Source: Vibrio vulnificus CMCP6 (GTDB lineage Bacteria > Pseudomonadota > Gammaproteobacteria > Enterobacterales > Vibrionaceae). From it: a DNA stretch of 32,000 nucleotides. The position numbers were made by a program, and so were the translations under genes. The stretch lies in NCBI RefSeq assembly GCF_000039765.1, contig NC_004460.2:1680001-1712000 (forward strand), given 5' to 3'. This document shows positions 1-8,107 of this stretch, piece after piece. The notes below the pieces were generated by a model. The model saw nothing but the letters and a program-made list of their open reading frames with translations, made no database searches and had not been told where the DNA came from. Numbering within the stretch: the stretch's first letter is position 1; the number at the start of each line of letters is the position of its first letter.

Positions 1-851
1 TGAAACCAATCTGCCATTGCGTGCTGATAATTGGCCAAGGGCAACTCGCTTAAGCTTGAGGGGTGATCGTCTAGCGCAAGATGGCAGCCTGCGGATTTTA
101 GCGCCGTTAGGTAAAGCGGCTCGCGAATACCATATTGTGCCAATAATGGCGAAGCAAGCAGCTCGTCTGGCGTGGTATCAGCCATGATCTCACCGTCATC
201 CATCAGAATGATGCGGTCGACGTGACGATGCAGCACATCCTCGAGACGGTGCTCGATGATGACCACGGTTTTGCCTGTCTTGCGATGGAGCTCATCAATG
301 ATTTCAATGGTGCGTTTGCCGGTTTTTGGATCGAGCGCTGCCAAAGGTTCATCAAACAGCAGAATATCGACATCATCCACGAGAATACCTGCCAGTGAAA
401 CACGTTGTTTCTGTCCGCCCGAGAGATCGTGTGGCGAGCGTTGCAACATTTGCTCAAGGTCCACCATCTTCGCGGTGGCTTTGACCAGCGAGTACATCTC
501 AATGTTCGAGGTGAGCTGGTTTTCAAGTGCAAACGCGATGTCTTCACCGATGCTTAAACCGACAAATTGGCTGTCGGTGTCTTGCAGCACTGTCCCAACC
601 TGTTCGGTGAATTGGTGCATGGCGAACGTCGCCGTTTCTTGACCGTTGATGGTCAAAGAGCCGGACACTTCACCTTTGATTGCGTGGGGGATAAGCCCAT
701 TTAAACACTGGCCAAGGGTAGATTTACCACTACCACTTGGACCAATAATGACGATTTTCTCTCCTTTCTCTATCCTTAGATTGATATTTCTTAGCGTCGG
801 TTTGTCCAGCGACTCATATCTAAAAGAGAAGTTAGAAAATTCGATTGTCAT
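1..851 (-). CDS. ECF/ABC transporter ATP-binding protein, first ATPase module (3' end runs off the window)
   Basis: Absent from the ORF track because it has no in-window stop. Manual translation from the ATG at 851-849 gives MTIEFSNFSFRYESLDKPTLRNINLRIEKGEKIVIIGPSGSGKST (Walker A), LSGGQKQRVSLAG (ABC signature), ILLFDEPLAALD (Walker B) and IIEHRL (H-loop). The frame is still open at base 3, past the first ATPase core, as expected for a fused double-ATPase of ECF type. Track ORFs 203..547(-) and 256..642(+) are off-frame shadows of this gene. Confidence 0.85.
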   Translation of the reverse strand, partial: MTIEFSNFSFRYESLDKPTLRNINLRIEKGEKIVIIGPSGSGKSTLGQCLNGLIPHAIKGEVSGSLTINGQETATFAMHQFTEQVGTVLQDTDSQFVGLSIGEDIAFALENQLTSNIEMYSLVKATAKMVDLEQMLQRSPHDLSGGQKQRVSLAGILVDDVDILLFDEPLAALDPKTGKRTIEIIDELHRKTGKTVVIIEHRLEDVLHRHVDRIILMDDGEIMADTTPDELLASPLLAQYGIREPLYLTALKSAGCHLALDDHPSSLSELPLANYQHAMADWF

Positions 852-857
852 TCGACA

Positions 858-1406
858 TTAAGCCTCTGTTAGGTTGCGGCTTTGTTTATTGCGTTTCGCT
901 ACCGATTTCAAAATGAAGTAGCCAACGATAGCGATTAATACGGTGTTACCAGAAGCAATGATGGTGAGCTGCGTGAACACTTTAGTGAACGGTTCTGCAT
1001 ACAAAATGGTGTCGAGAAATGCGGAACAGCCGTAACCAAATACGTTGCCAAGCAGTGCGAGCACAACAAAGAGAGAGAAATCTTTGAGATTGAACTCGCC
1101 TTTCTCTAAGCGATTACGAGTAAGAGAAGGGAATAGACCAATGATAAGGCCGACAATGCCCGAACCAAGAACCCAGGTTAGCCAAACGCCCCAGCCGGCA
1201 AAAAGATCCGTGACCCAGTGGCCAATAAAGCCCACCAAGAAACCCACTAAAGGACCAAACAGAACCGAAAATAGGGCAAGAACCGCCATGGCTGGTTTGA
1301 GGGTGGTGTTTGCAAACACGGGGATACCAAACATGGGTAACCCACCAATACCATAAAGAGCAGCACCGATGGCAATCACCACAACGGTTTTAGCGGAAAG
1401 ATTCAT
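858..1406 (-). CDS. ECF-type transporter substrate-specific (S) component, UPF0397-like, substrate unknown
   Basis: 182-aa ORF with ATG at 1406 and GAGG 6-9 nt upstream. It is very hydrophobic and Gly-rich with about 6 TM segments ([25 protein letters not shown]). Its stop at 860-858 lies 6 nt before the ATPase ATG at 851, so the two are likely co-transcribed. Confidence 0.75.
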   Translation of the reverse strand: MNLSAKTVVVIAIGAALYGIGGLPMFGIPVFANTTLKPAMAVLALFSVLFGPLVGFLVGFIGHWVTDLFAGWGVWLTWVLGSGIVGLIIGLFPSLTRNRLEKGEFNLKDFSLFVVLALLGNVFGYGCSAFLDTILYAEPFTKVFTQLTIIASGNTVLIAIVGYFILKSVAKRNKQSRNLTEA

Positions 1407-1538
1407 AGATAACCTCAGTTCAATTGTCTAAAGAACGTAACTTGCTGTTTTCGTTATTTCCTTCAAGGCTTTAACCAAGAAGTGGCACGATGTTGCGCCT
1501 TGGATTATTTTTTCAGCAAGTGGAAAAATAAGGCGCGC

Positions 1539-1567
1539 ATTATACAGAAGAAACCCTCAAGTGGGAA
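1539..1567 (-). promoter_or_regulatory. Candidate sigma70 promoter of the ECF operon
   Basis: On the minus strand: TTCCCA (1567-1562), a 17-nt spacer, then a perfect TATAAT (1544-1539). This would give a leader of about 130 nt before the S-component ATG. Confidence 0.4.
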
Positions 1568-1594
1568 TGCTATCTGTCTGGATGTCTAGAAAGC

Positions 1595-1623
1595 AATCAG
1601 GGGCTTAATGTCAGCCCCTGATT
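1595..1623 (-). terminator. Hairpin terminator downstream of the yiaV-like gene
   Basis: aatcaggggc / ttaatgtca / gcccctgatt forms a 10-bp stem, 17 nt after the stop at 1640. On the minus strand it is followed by gctttct, which is only a weak U-run. Confidence 0.55.
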
Positions 1624-1639
1624 ACAATAAAACGTAAAA

Positions 1640-2770
1640 TTAATGATCGAGATAGAGGTAGTTTTGCCAGCTCTTCATACGAATAAGCACTTTACGCATG
1701 ATGGAGACGTGGGTGAAACTGTCTGAGTACACCGCCACTTCCACCGCAGTGCCCATTGGCAGATGATACTCGCTCAAATCATCGGTGATTCGCAACGTCG
1801 CAAATACGCGACCACTGGTGCGCAGCGCTTCTGTGCCGAGTAGTGCGCCACGAGCTTGAAATTGGCTTTCACCAATGGCTGGAAGCACCTCAATCACTTC
1901 ACCTTTAAAGACTTTACCTGGTAAGGCTCGGAACATGAATTCGGCTTCAAAACCCGGTTGTAGGCGTTGAAGTGAGTTCTGACGAAATGCCGCCGTGTAG
2001 ATTTTCTCTTCACTGTGGACAAACGTCATCACAGGCGCCAGTGGCAATGGTACTGACATCACACCCGGGCGAAGTGCCAATTGGGTGACATAACCGTCGG
2101 TCGGAGCGCGCACAACAGTCTGCTCAAGGTCAAACTGTGCTTTGCGCAATTCCGCTAATAGCTGTGCGACCTGAGTGTTTTCACCTCCGACTTCGGAATC
2201 CAAAGCAATCTGCGCTTGCTCTTGCTTCGATTGTGCGACTTCAAGAGCGGCTTGCGCAGCTTTGAACGCTTGACGAGTGGTGTCCATTTGCTGCTCTGTG
2301 AATGCGCCTTTCTCGTAGCCACGCTTATAACGTTCGTATTCGCGTTTCGCTTTATCACGCTCGGCGATGGCTTTGATAACGGCCGCTTCCGCTTCCTTCA
2401 GTGTGGACTCCAATCCAAGTGCACCTTGGCTGGCTTCTTTGACTTTAGCTTCGAGCTTGGCCACTTCTGCTTCAAATGGGATAGGATCAATACGGAACAG
2501 CACATCTCCTTGCTTGAGCGGTTGGTTTGCTTGAACGGGCACTTCAATCACGCGACCACGAACGCCCGACACGATTGGAGTGGTTGAGTAAACTTGGTTG
2601 CCCAATTGAGTGAATGGGTGGTTATAGTTCATCAATAAAATCAGTGTACCGATGAGCACCACGCCACCCAAAACAGCGGTAGGTACCGTCCATTTATTCA
2701 ATGGGATCTTAAAAATCTTAAAAATCGCAATACACAATGCGGTGTAAGTGAGGATCAACAGTAAATCCAT
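1640..2770 (-). CDS. yiaV: HlyD-family membrane fusion protein, YiaV-like
   Basis: 376 aa with an N-terminal TM (MDLLLILTYTALCIAIFKIF), a long coiled-coil centre and a barrel-sandwich region. The C-terminal VAVYSDSFTHVSIMRKVLIRMKSWQNYLYLDH closely resembles E. coli YiaV as I recall it. The ATG overlaps the upstream stop (TAATG at 2772-2768). Confidence 0.85.
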   Translation of the reverse strand: MDLLLILTYTALCIAIFKIFKIPLNKWTVPTAVLGGVVLIGTLILLMNYNHPFTQLGNQVYSTTPIVSGVRGRVIEVPVQANQPLKQGDVLFRIDPIPFEAEVAKLEAKVKEASQGALGLESTLKEAEAAVIKAIAERDKAKREYERYKRGYEKGAFTEQQMDTTRQAFKAAQAALEVAQSKQEQAQIALDSEVGGENTQVAQLLAELRKAQFDLEQTVVRAPTDGYVTQLALRPGVMSVPLPLAPVMTFVHSEEKIYTAAFRQNSLQRLQPGFEAEFMFRALPGKVFKGEVIEVLPAIGESQFQARGALLGTEALRTSGRVFATLRITDDLSEYHLPMGTAVEVAVYSDSFTHVSIMRKVLIRMKSWQNYLYLDH

Positions 2771-3153
2771 TATTGCTTCTCCTCTTCACTGGTAACGACG
2801 GGCGTGGCAGGCGCACGTTGCGCATTTCTCAATTGATCCACTTCCTCACGAAGCTGTTTGACTTCATCAATTAATTGATCAACACGATGGTGCATGTCGT
2901 GCTGTTCTTCTTCGAGTTTTTGGAAGCCCCAACCGCGCTCTTTGCGCCATAAAGTTGCCCAGATCCAAAGGAAAGGCCAAATGGTGTGTAGAGTGAATAA
3001 ACTTACCCAGCCTGCGTAGTGAATAGCGTCTTGATGTGGGTGTTCACGTTCTTTAGCGATTTCGTAAGGGATATCGTGAATCACGATGATGCCGTAGAAA
3101 ATCACTAAAGCGACGAAAACAAGCAATCCCAATGCGAAATAATCGAGAAACAT
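2770..3153 (-). CDS. yiaW: DUF3302-family small inner-membrane protein, YiaW-like, with a C-terminal coiled-coil tail
   Basis: 127 aa with two TM helices (LGLLVFVALVIFYGIIVI; WVSLFTLHTIWPFLWIWA). ATG at 3153 is preceded by AAGGAAG. It is translationally coupled to the HlyD-like gene, the same pairing as E. coli yiaW-yiaV. Confidence 0.75.
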   Translation of the reverse strand: MFLDYFALGLLVFVALVIFYGIIVIHDIPYEIAKEREHPHQDAIHYAGWVSLFTLHTIWPFLWIWATLWRKERGWGFQKLEEEQHDMHHRVDQLIDEVKQLREEVDQLRNAQRAPATPVVTSEEEKQ

Positions 3154-3319
3154 CTTACTTCCTTGCTCTAATTGAATTGATGAAAATTGGTAAACAAAAG
3201 GTGAACCAAGTGGGATAAGTATTCGCGAAATCTCTCATTCACGCAAGGCAATAATGAAAACTATCAAGTGCTTATGGGATGGAGCGCAAGGAGTGCCTGA
3301 GTCGGGTATTGAGTGCAAC

Positions 3320-3343
3320 AAAAAAGGCGGCAGTGCCGCCTTT
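3320..3343 (-). terminator. Rho-independent terminator after the GGDEF gene
   Basis: Minus strand reads aaaggcggc-act-gccgcc followed by tttttt. The GC-rich 6-bp stem and U6 run lie 17 nt after the stop at 3360. Confidence 0.75.
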
Positions 3344-3359
3344 AATCGAAAGGAAAAGG

Positions 3360-4943
3360 TTACTCTTCAATACAAACTTGGTTACGGCCGTTGGCCTTGG
3401 CGCGATACAACGCTTTGTCGGCGCGATAGAAGGTGCGCTGGGTATTTTCGCCGTCACGATGCATGGTAATGCCAATCGACACCGTTAGGCCGCGCTCACC
3501 AAGAATTTCTCGCCAACCAAACTGGAAAATACGTTCACGATAGTTTTCGGCATGAAGCTCTGCTTTCGCCAAATCAGTATTTTCAAGAATGACCAGAAAT
3601 TCCTCTCCACCAAAGCGCACGCAAGAAGCGCCACGAAAGCGGAAATACGCCGCCAACTCCGATGACACATTGACAATCGCTTTGTCGCCCACCAAATGGC
3701 TAAGCTCATCGTTGATCGATTTAAAGTGGTCGATGTCAATCACCATCAAGGCAAATGTAGTGTCGTGCAACAACAGATCCTTCAGTTTGACATCCAACCA
3801 ACGACGGTTATGCAAGGCAGTAAGAGGATCGGTGAAAACGTCTTGTTGTAGTTGAGCAACGGTGTTCTTGTGTTGCTGAGTGGTCTCTTTGAGCTCTTTG
3901 TTTTCGATTTCAGAGAGGATTAATTTCAACTGTAATTCAAAACGAGAGATACGGCGTAATTGAGCTGCCCCCAACTCACTGATGGGAATATGTTTCATCA
4001 GATCGCTTTCGATACGGAAGCCTTTTTTCTCAAAGACTAACGCCTCTTTGAATAGTCCTTGAGCGGCAAGAACTTCGCTCATTGCCTGATAAAACTGTTT
4101 GGCAATGATAGGGGATGCTTTCATCTCGATGTTTTTGGATGAACTGGTGAGCAGCAGATTCGCCAACTCTTTTTTGCCAATAGCACAAAGCGAGTAGGTC
4201 ATCTCAATGCGGTTCATGACCGATAACCAAGTGGAGTTCAAGTTGCCTGAAATGTACTGCACTTTGGAAAGCGATAGTAGGGCCGACACGTAATCTTTCT
4301 CAAGACGATGGATTTTTGCTTGATAGAGAAGAATTTGCCCAGAAAGAATTTTGTCACTGACGAGGATACTCAGTTCTTCACACTCTTTGAGTAGATCCTT
4401 CGCTGCACTAATACGACCAAGGTTGATGTAACAAGCGAGCATGTAGAGCTTGTAACGCAGGCGTAATGAGCGGCTACTGATGGCGTGATCGATACCATCG
4501 ATTTTTTGGTAATAGCGCAGCGCGCGTTGATGATCGCCATACGCGTCGCACAAGTTACCCATCCCCAAGACTGAGGTCACATACTCATCAAGAAAGCCGT
4601 GTTCGACGGCAATGTTTGATGCCCCAACGTATTCATTGAGCGCACTGGCGTAATCCCCAATGTCGACCAATCGCTCGCTGAGATTGGCTTTGACCGTCAA
4701 AATGTCTTCCGCATTTTCCGGTAGAGTGAGCAGCGACAAGGCTTCTTTCAATTCATCAATACTGAGCTGTACTTGTTTCAACTTGAAACGATATTCTGCA
4801 CTGATGATGTAGCAGTGGGCTTTTTCAGTATTGGTCGAGGCGACGTGTTGCCTCACGTGGTTCCATAAGATGATCGCTTCTTCACCAGACACAGAGGTTG
4901 GATCAAAACCGGCATCAGTTACTTTACTCAGCAGCTTTTCCAT
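3360..4943 (-). CDS. Diguanylate cyclase with an N-terminal TPR-like helical-repeat domain, a coiled coil and a GGDEF domain
   Basis: 527 aa. The C-terminus reads DPLTALHNRRW ... VIDIDHFKSINDELSHLVGD ... RFGGEEFLVIL ... SIGI ... YRADKALYRAKANGRNQV, an intact GGEEF active site. No RxxD I-site lies 5 residues upstream (RFRGASCVRFGGEEF). The ATG at 4943 lies inside the 3' end of the upstream gene. Confidence 0.9.
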   Translation of the reverse strand: MEKLLSKVTDAGFDPTSVSGEEAIILWNHVRQHVASTNTEKAHCYIISAEYRFKLKQVQLSIDELKEALSLLTLPENAEDILTVKANLSERLVDIGDYASALNEYVGASNIAVEHGFLDEYVTSVLGMGNLCDAYGDHQRALRYYQKIDGIDHAISSRSLRLRYKLYMLACYINLGRISAAKDLLKECEELSILVSDKILSGQILLYQAKIHRLEKDYVSALLSLSKVQYISGNLNSTWLSVMNRIEMTYSLCAIGKKELANLLLTSSSKNIEMKASPIIAKQFYQAMSEVLAAQGLFKEALVFEKKGFRIESDLMKHIPISELGAAQLRRISRFELQLKLILSEIENKELKETTQQHKNTVAQLQQDVFTDPLTALHNRRWLDVKLKDLLLHDTTFALMVIDIDHFKSINDELSHLVGDKAIVNVSSELAAYFRFRGASCVRFGGEEFLVILENTDLAKAELHAENYRERIFQFGWREILGERGLTVSIGITMHRDGENTQRTFYRADKALYRAKANGRNQVCIEE

Positions 4944-6423
4944 GTTTTTTCTTTCCCTTGGTCTTGGTTCTGTGTGAATCCTCTAATTGTTCCAGTGTGA
5001 ATGGGAAGGTGAGGATATCTTGCAAAGAGAGTTGAGGTAGCGGGCCGTTCAGCCCTCGGCGCTGCCACGGGTAGATCGAAATCATGGTGGAGACGACATG
5101 AAAAAGGGCGTCTGCAGGTTCGTCTTTTTCACTGATTAACATGGCTACGCGATCGCTGCTCAAGCGAGAGATGAGATCTTTTGGTGTCGACAAGCTATGC
5201 GCTAACTCGGTACACACTTCCAGATACGCAGGATCAGCATGTTGGATCATGATGATGGAATGGTTGGCCTGCTTGAGTTCGGTTTTAAATAAGACCAGTT
5301 GTTCCCACCAATAGGTTTCAGACACCACATTCGAAAACTGACGCTCTGGATCGTATTCGTGCTGGGCTCGAATGCGGTTAATGAGTTTGCGTGCTCGCTG
5401 TTCAAGTTGACGTTTGGAGCTACGTGCTTTGTCCAGACTAACGCGGCTAGTTTGCTCTCGCAGCATTTGCAGCGAGTAGTGGCGATACTTGCGAAAGGCT
5501 TGATAAGCCACCTCAAAGTTGCCTTGCTCTTCCGCCACTTTAGATTGCTGGAAACAAATTTGGCTTAACAGCTCACCATTATCAAATTGCAACGCAGAGA
5601 TTTCAGCTTGATCGAGTAAGACCGAAGCATTAAGGGTATTTTTCCGTAGCAGCTCTAAACGCGCGCGGCTGATAAATGAATGGGCTTTCATCCACGTGAG
5701 GTTGTGCTCAACCGCAAGATCATGTGCTTTTTTGGTTGCCTCGTCGGCGGCATCCAAACGCTCCAAACCTAGTAAGGCTAGACCGCGAAAATCCCAGATT
5801 TCCGCTTGCCATGTGTTGTCGGGGTAGTCTTTGAGTACTTCGCTAGCCCCATCCAAGATGGTCAGCATTTCCACGTAGTTATTGAGCAGGTAGTAATCCC
5901 AAGCTAACAAAATACGCGCTTTGCCTTCCGCCCAGTTGATACGTGCATTGTTTGCAACTTTAACTGCGAGTTCGTGCGTCGACGCAGCCAGTTTGTAATC
6001 GTTGGTGATGCGCCAAACGTTGCCCAAGCCAATTAACGCTTCAATTTGTATCTCGGTTTCATCAATTAACGCAGATTGTTCCAGCGCGTTAATCCAGTAT
6101 TGCTGAGCAGAATAATATTTGGCTTGACCCCAGTATTGTAGGGCATGCAAGTGGAGAATTTGTGGTAGTCGATCGTCGTTGTCGAGGCGGTTTTGTTTGC
6201 TGTGGGCTTCTTTGATGAGTTTTAAGCCACGGCGGTAATCCATCAAACACCAACAGCAGTGGGACTGGATTAAAAGGGCTTCAATTTCCGCTTCTGGGTA
6301 GACAATTTGCTCGGCGCGGATGTAGCACTGCTCGGCAACTTTCAGTACCTCCGCAGGCTCACTATTTACGCGAGCTTTGATTTGTCTGAGTTCAGCGTCT
6401 AACTGAAGTTGGCTTTTATCCAA
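4924..6423 (-). CDS. TPR-like helical-repeat protein with a coiled coil and a degenerate, truncated GGDEF-like C-terminus
   Basis: 499 aa with the same architecture as the downstream cyclase. Where the partner has RFGGEEFLVIL this protein has RLSSDRVAMLI, and DIDHF is replaced by QHADPA (alignment by eye). The track start is a TTG at 6423 with a weak GGAT upstream. The next in-frame Met is residue 61, so the start is uncertain. It overlaps the next gene by 20 nt. Confidence 0.7.
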   Translation of the reverse strand: MDKSQLQLDAELRQIKARVNSEPAEVLKVAEQCYIRAEQIVYPEAEIEALLIQSHCCWCLMDYRRGLKLIKEAHSKQNRLDNDDRLPQILHLHALQYWGQAKYYSAQQYWINALEQSALIDETEIQIEALIGLGNVWRITNDYKLAASTHELAVKVANNARINWAEGKARILLAWDYYLLNNYVEMLTILDGASEVLKDYPDNTWQAEIWDFRGLALLGLERLDAADEATKKAHDLAVEHNLTWMKAHSFISRARLELLRKNTLNASVLLDQAEISALQFDNGELLSQICFQQSKVAEEQGNFEVAYQAFRKYRHYSLQMLREQTSRVSLDKARSSKRQLEQRARKLINRIRAQHEYDPERQFSNVVSETYWWEQLVLFKTELKQANHSIIMIQHADPAYLEVCTELAHSLSTPKDLISRLSSDRVAMLISEKDEPADALFHVVSTMISIYPWQRRGLNGPLPQLSLQDILTFPFTLEQLEDSHRTKTKGKKKHGKAAE

Positions 6424-6583
6424 AATTTACATCCATGCGATTCAGTTGGCGTACAACACGTTCATTATATTGACGTGTCAAAAATTCGCATCATTCATCC
6501 GCAATAATTTACTGAGTTAATACTAAATGAATGACAATATTGGGTGTCGTTTCACATAATCTTAACCCAGACAGACGATAGTG

Positions 6584-8107
6584 CTAGGACAGAAGCTGTT
6601 TAATGGTCAATGGGCTATCTGTAACACCTAGTCGTTGGGCTGGCGTTTGTCCATGTTTATCTTGATAGCACAAATTATGCCAAGCTCTGAAAATGTCGAG
6701 TAATGGTAAGACGCCACCCGGTCTAAGTTTTCGTCTTGGTTCGTTGACAAACCCTTCAAACAATAACTGAAAACGTGACTGATAGAACGAGATATTTCGC
6801 GTGGTTGCTTTGTTAAACCATTGTTCTGGCTGATTTTTGTTACCTGCAAGATAACAAATACCTTTGAGTTTGCTGCCTTGGTTGGCAATCGCCCAGCGAT
6901 CTCGCCACCAACTCATGTAGACAATGTCAAACTTTTCAAATGATTGGGTTAAATCCCAACTAGGATCTTCGTCGACATACAGTAGGTCAACATTTTGACT
7001 TTGAATTCGAGGGAGGCAAACACTCAGTGCCGCAGAGCGTAATAGCGGATCTTGTGGCATGTAAAGTGAGACGCGTCCAGCTTCGTTGCACATATCCAGC
7101 ACATGCAAATAATGCGCATAAGAGGTGTAAGGCGGACGAACTACGGCTCCTTTGGTCGGGTAGTTGAAGGTCGCCATATTTCCCATAGGATCTTCAACGT
7201 TGCCGCGGGCCAAAATGGTTTGGTATTTCTGGTCAATACGTTCACGCAGATAATCAGACGGTGTGTTTTCTGGCTCTTTTGCCTCTGCAGTGTACTGCGG
7301 AGAAACGAAGCGTGAAACCGCTTCATAGGGGTTGTGATCAACCGTACCTAATGGCTCTTCTTTGGCAGAGTAATTCACATGTTGGCAAAGAATATAGCCA
7401 GAATGCGCGTCACCTGTGGCCATCCAATACACACCATTGTCGCTATTGGGTTGCAAGCGTTGGTAATGAGAAGCGAGTTCGTAATTGAGCGCATGATTGA
7501 CCCATCGCGCATCAATCGTTGCCAATTTACGGCGGCAACGGCTGGCAATGTGTTCAACATGGTCATAAAACGTTTTTGGGTTGATGGCCAGTTTACGGCA
7601 AATCTCGCGCACCGAGTAACCGGTGAACAACAAACCCATCAAGTTTTCTTGAAACTGAAGCTTCTTGTTGGCGCCAGACCACTTATCGACAAACGTGGAT
7701 TGACAGGATTTGCAGCGATAGCGTTGGCGATCACCACTGTAGCCAAAGGCATGGTAGAGATGTTTGTGGGTGTGAACAGAAAGACCAAAATTTGCGCAGT
7801 CGTCGTTGCGACACGCTGGCAAACCATCACTGTGAAGTTGACGTAAGCGATGCAGCTCATTCAACACTTCACGGTTGTTAAGTAAGGGGGGGAAAGCTCC
7901 ACATTCACGACAGACCATCGCTGGACGCTTAGGGTTCGCATGTTGCAAAACGTATCGTTTTGCATCGCTCAGACCAAAGTTGTCACACGCCAATGTTTTA
8001 CAAAAGTTGAGTTGTAACCCATCTGCGTCTTTTGGCAGTTCGCCGTTAGACACGATCGCCCCCTCGGGATTATTCGGATGGCTGGGCGAACCCAGCCAAT
8101 TAAACAT
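6584..8107 (-). CDS. IS1-like single-ORF protein (two zinc ribbons, InsA-like HTH, InsB-like RNase-H-fold region); possible domesticated transposase
   Basis: 507 aa. QRYRCKSCQSTF and GYSVREICRKLAINPKTFYDHV resemble IS1 InsA (QRYLCSHCRKTW; HTH) from memory. VYWMATGDAHSGYILCQHV resembles the InsB WLFYAYDSLRKTVVAHV strand pair. The C-terminal TPAQRLGVTDSPLTIKQLLS tail is typical of IS1/IS1595-type transposases. ATG 8107-8105 overlaps the deoD stop. Confidence 0.65.
   Translation of the reverse strand: MFNWLGSPSHPNNPEGAIVSNGELPKDADGLQLNFCKTLACDNFGLSDAKRYVLQHANPKRPAMVCRECGAFPPLLNNREVLNELHRLRQLHSDGLPACRNDDCANFGLSVHTHKHLYHAFGYSGDRQRYRCKSCQSTFVDKWSGANKKLQFQENLMGLLFTGYSVREICRKLAINPKTFYDHVEHIASRCRRKLATIDARWVNHALNYELASHYQRLQPNSDNGVYWMATGDAHSGYILCQHVNYSAKEEPLGTVDHNPYEAVSRFVSPQYTAEAKEPENTPSDYLRERIDQKYQTILARGNVEDPMGNMATFNYPTKGAVVRPPYTSYAHYLHVLDMCNEAGRVSLYMPQDPLLRSAALSVCLPRIQSQNVDLLYVDEDPSWDLTQSFEKFDIVYMSWWRDRWAIANQGSKLKGICYLAGNKNQPEQWFNKATTRNISFYQSRFQLLFEGFVNEPRRKLRPGGVLPLLDIFRAWHNLCYQDKHGQTPAQRLGVTDSPLTIKQLLS

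Noticed and set aside
203-642. Track ORFs 203..547(-) and 256..642(+), 114 and 128 aa
   Set aside because: They are off-frame and antisense shadows of the ABC ATPase gene (1..851, minus strand), whose frame carries clear Walker A/B and signature motifs. Neither ORF has recognisable motifs.
6416-6436. Six-codon uORF (ATG GAT GTA AAT TTT GGA TAA, minus strand) overlapping the TTG start of the 499-aa TPR gene
   Set aside because: No SD precedes it and a 6-codon ORF is easily a chance event. I noted it only because the main ORF start (TTG) is itself uncertain.
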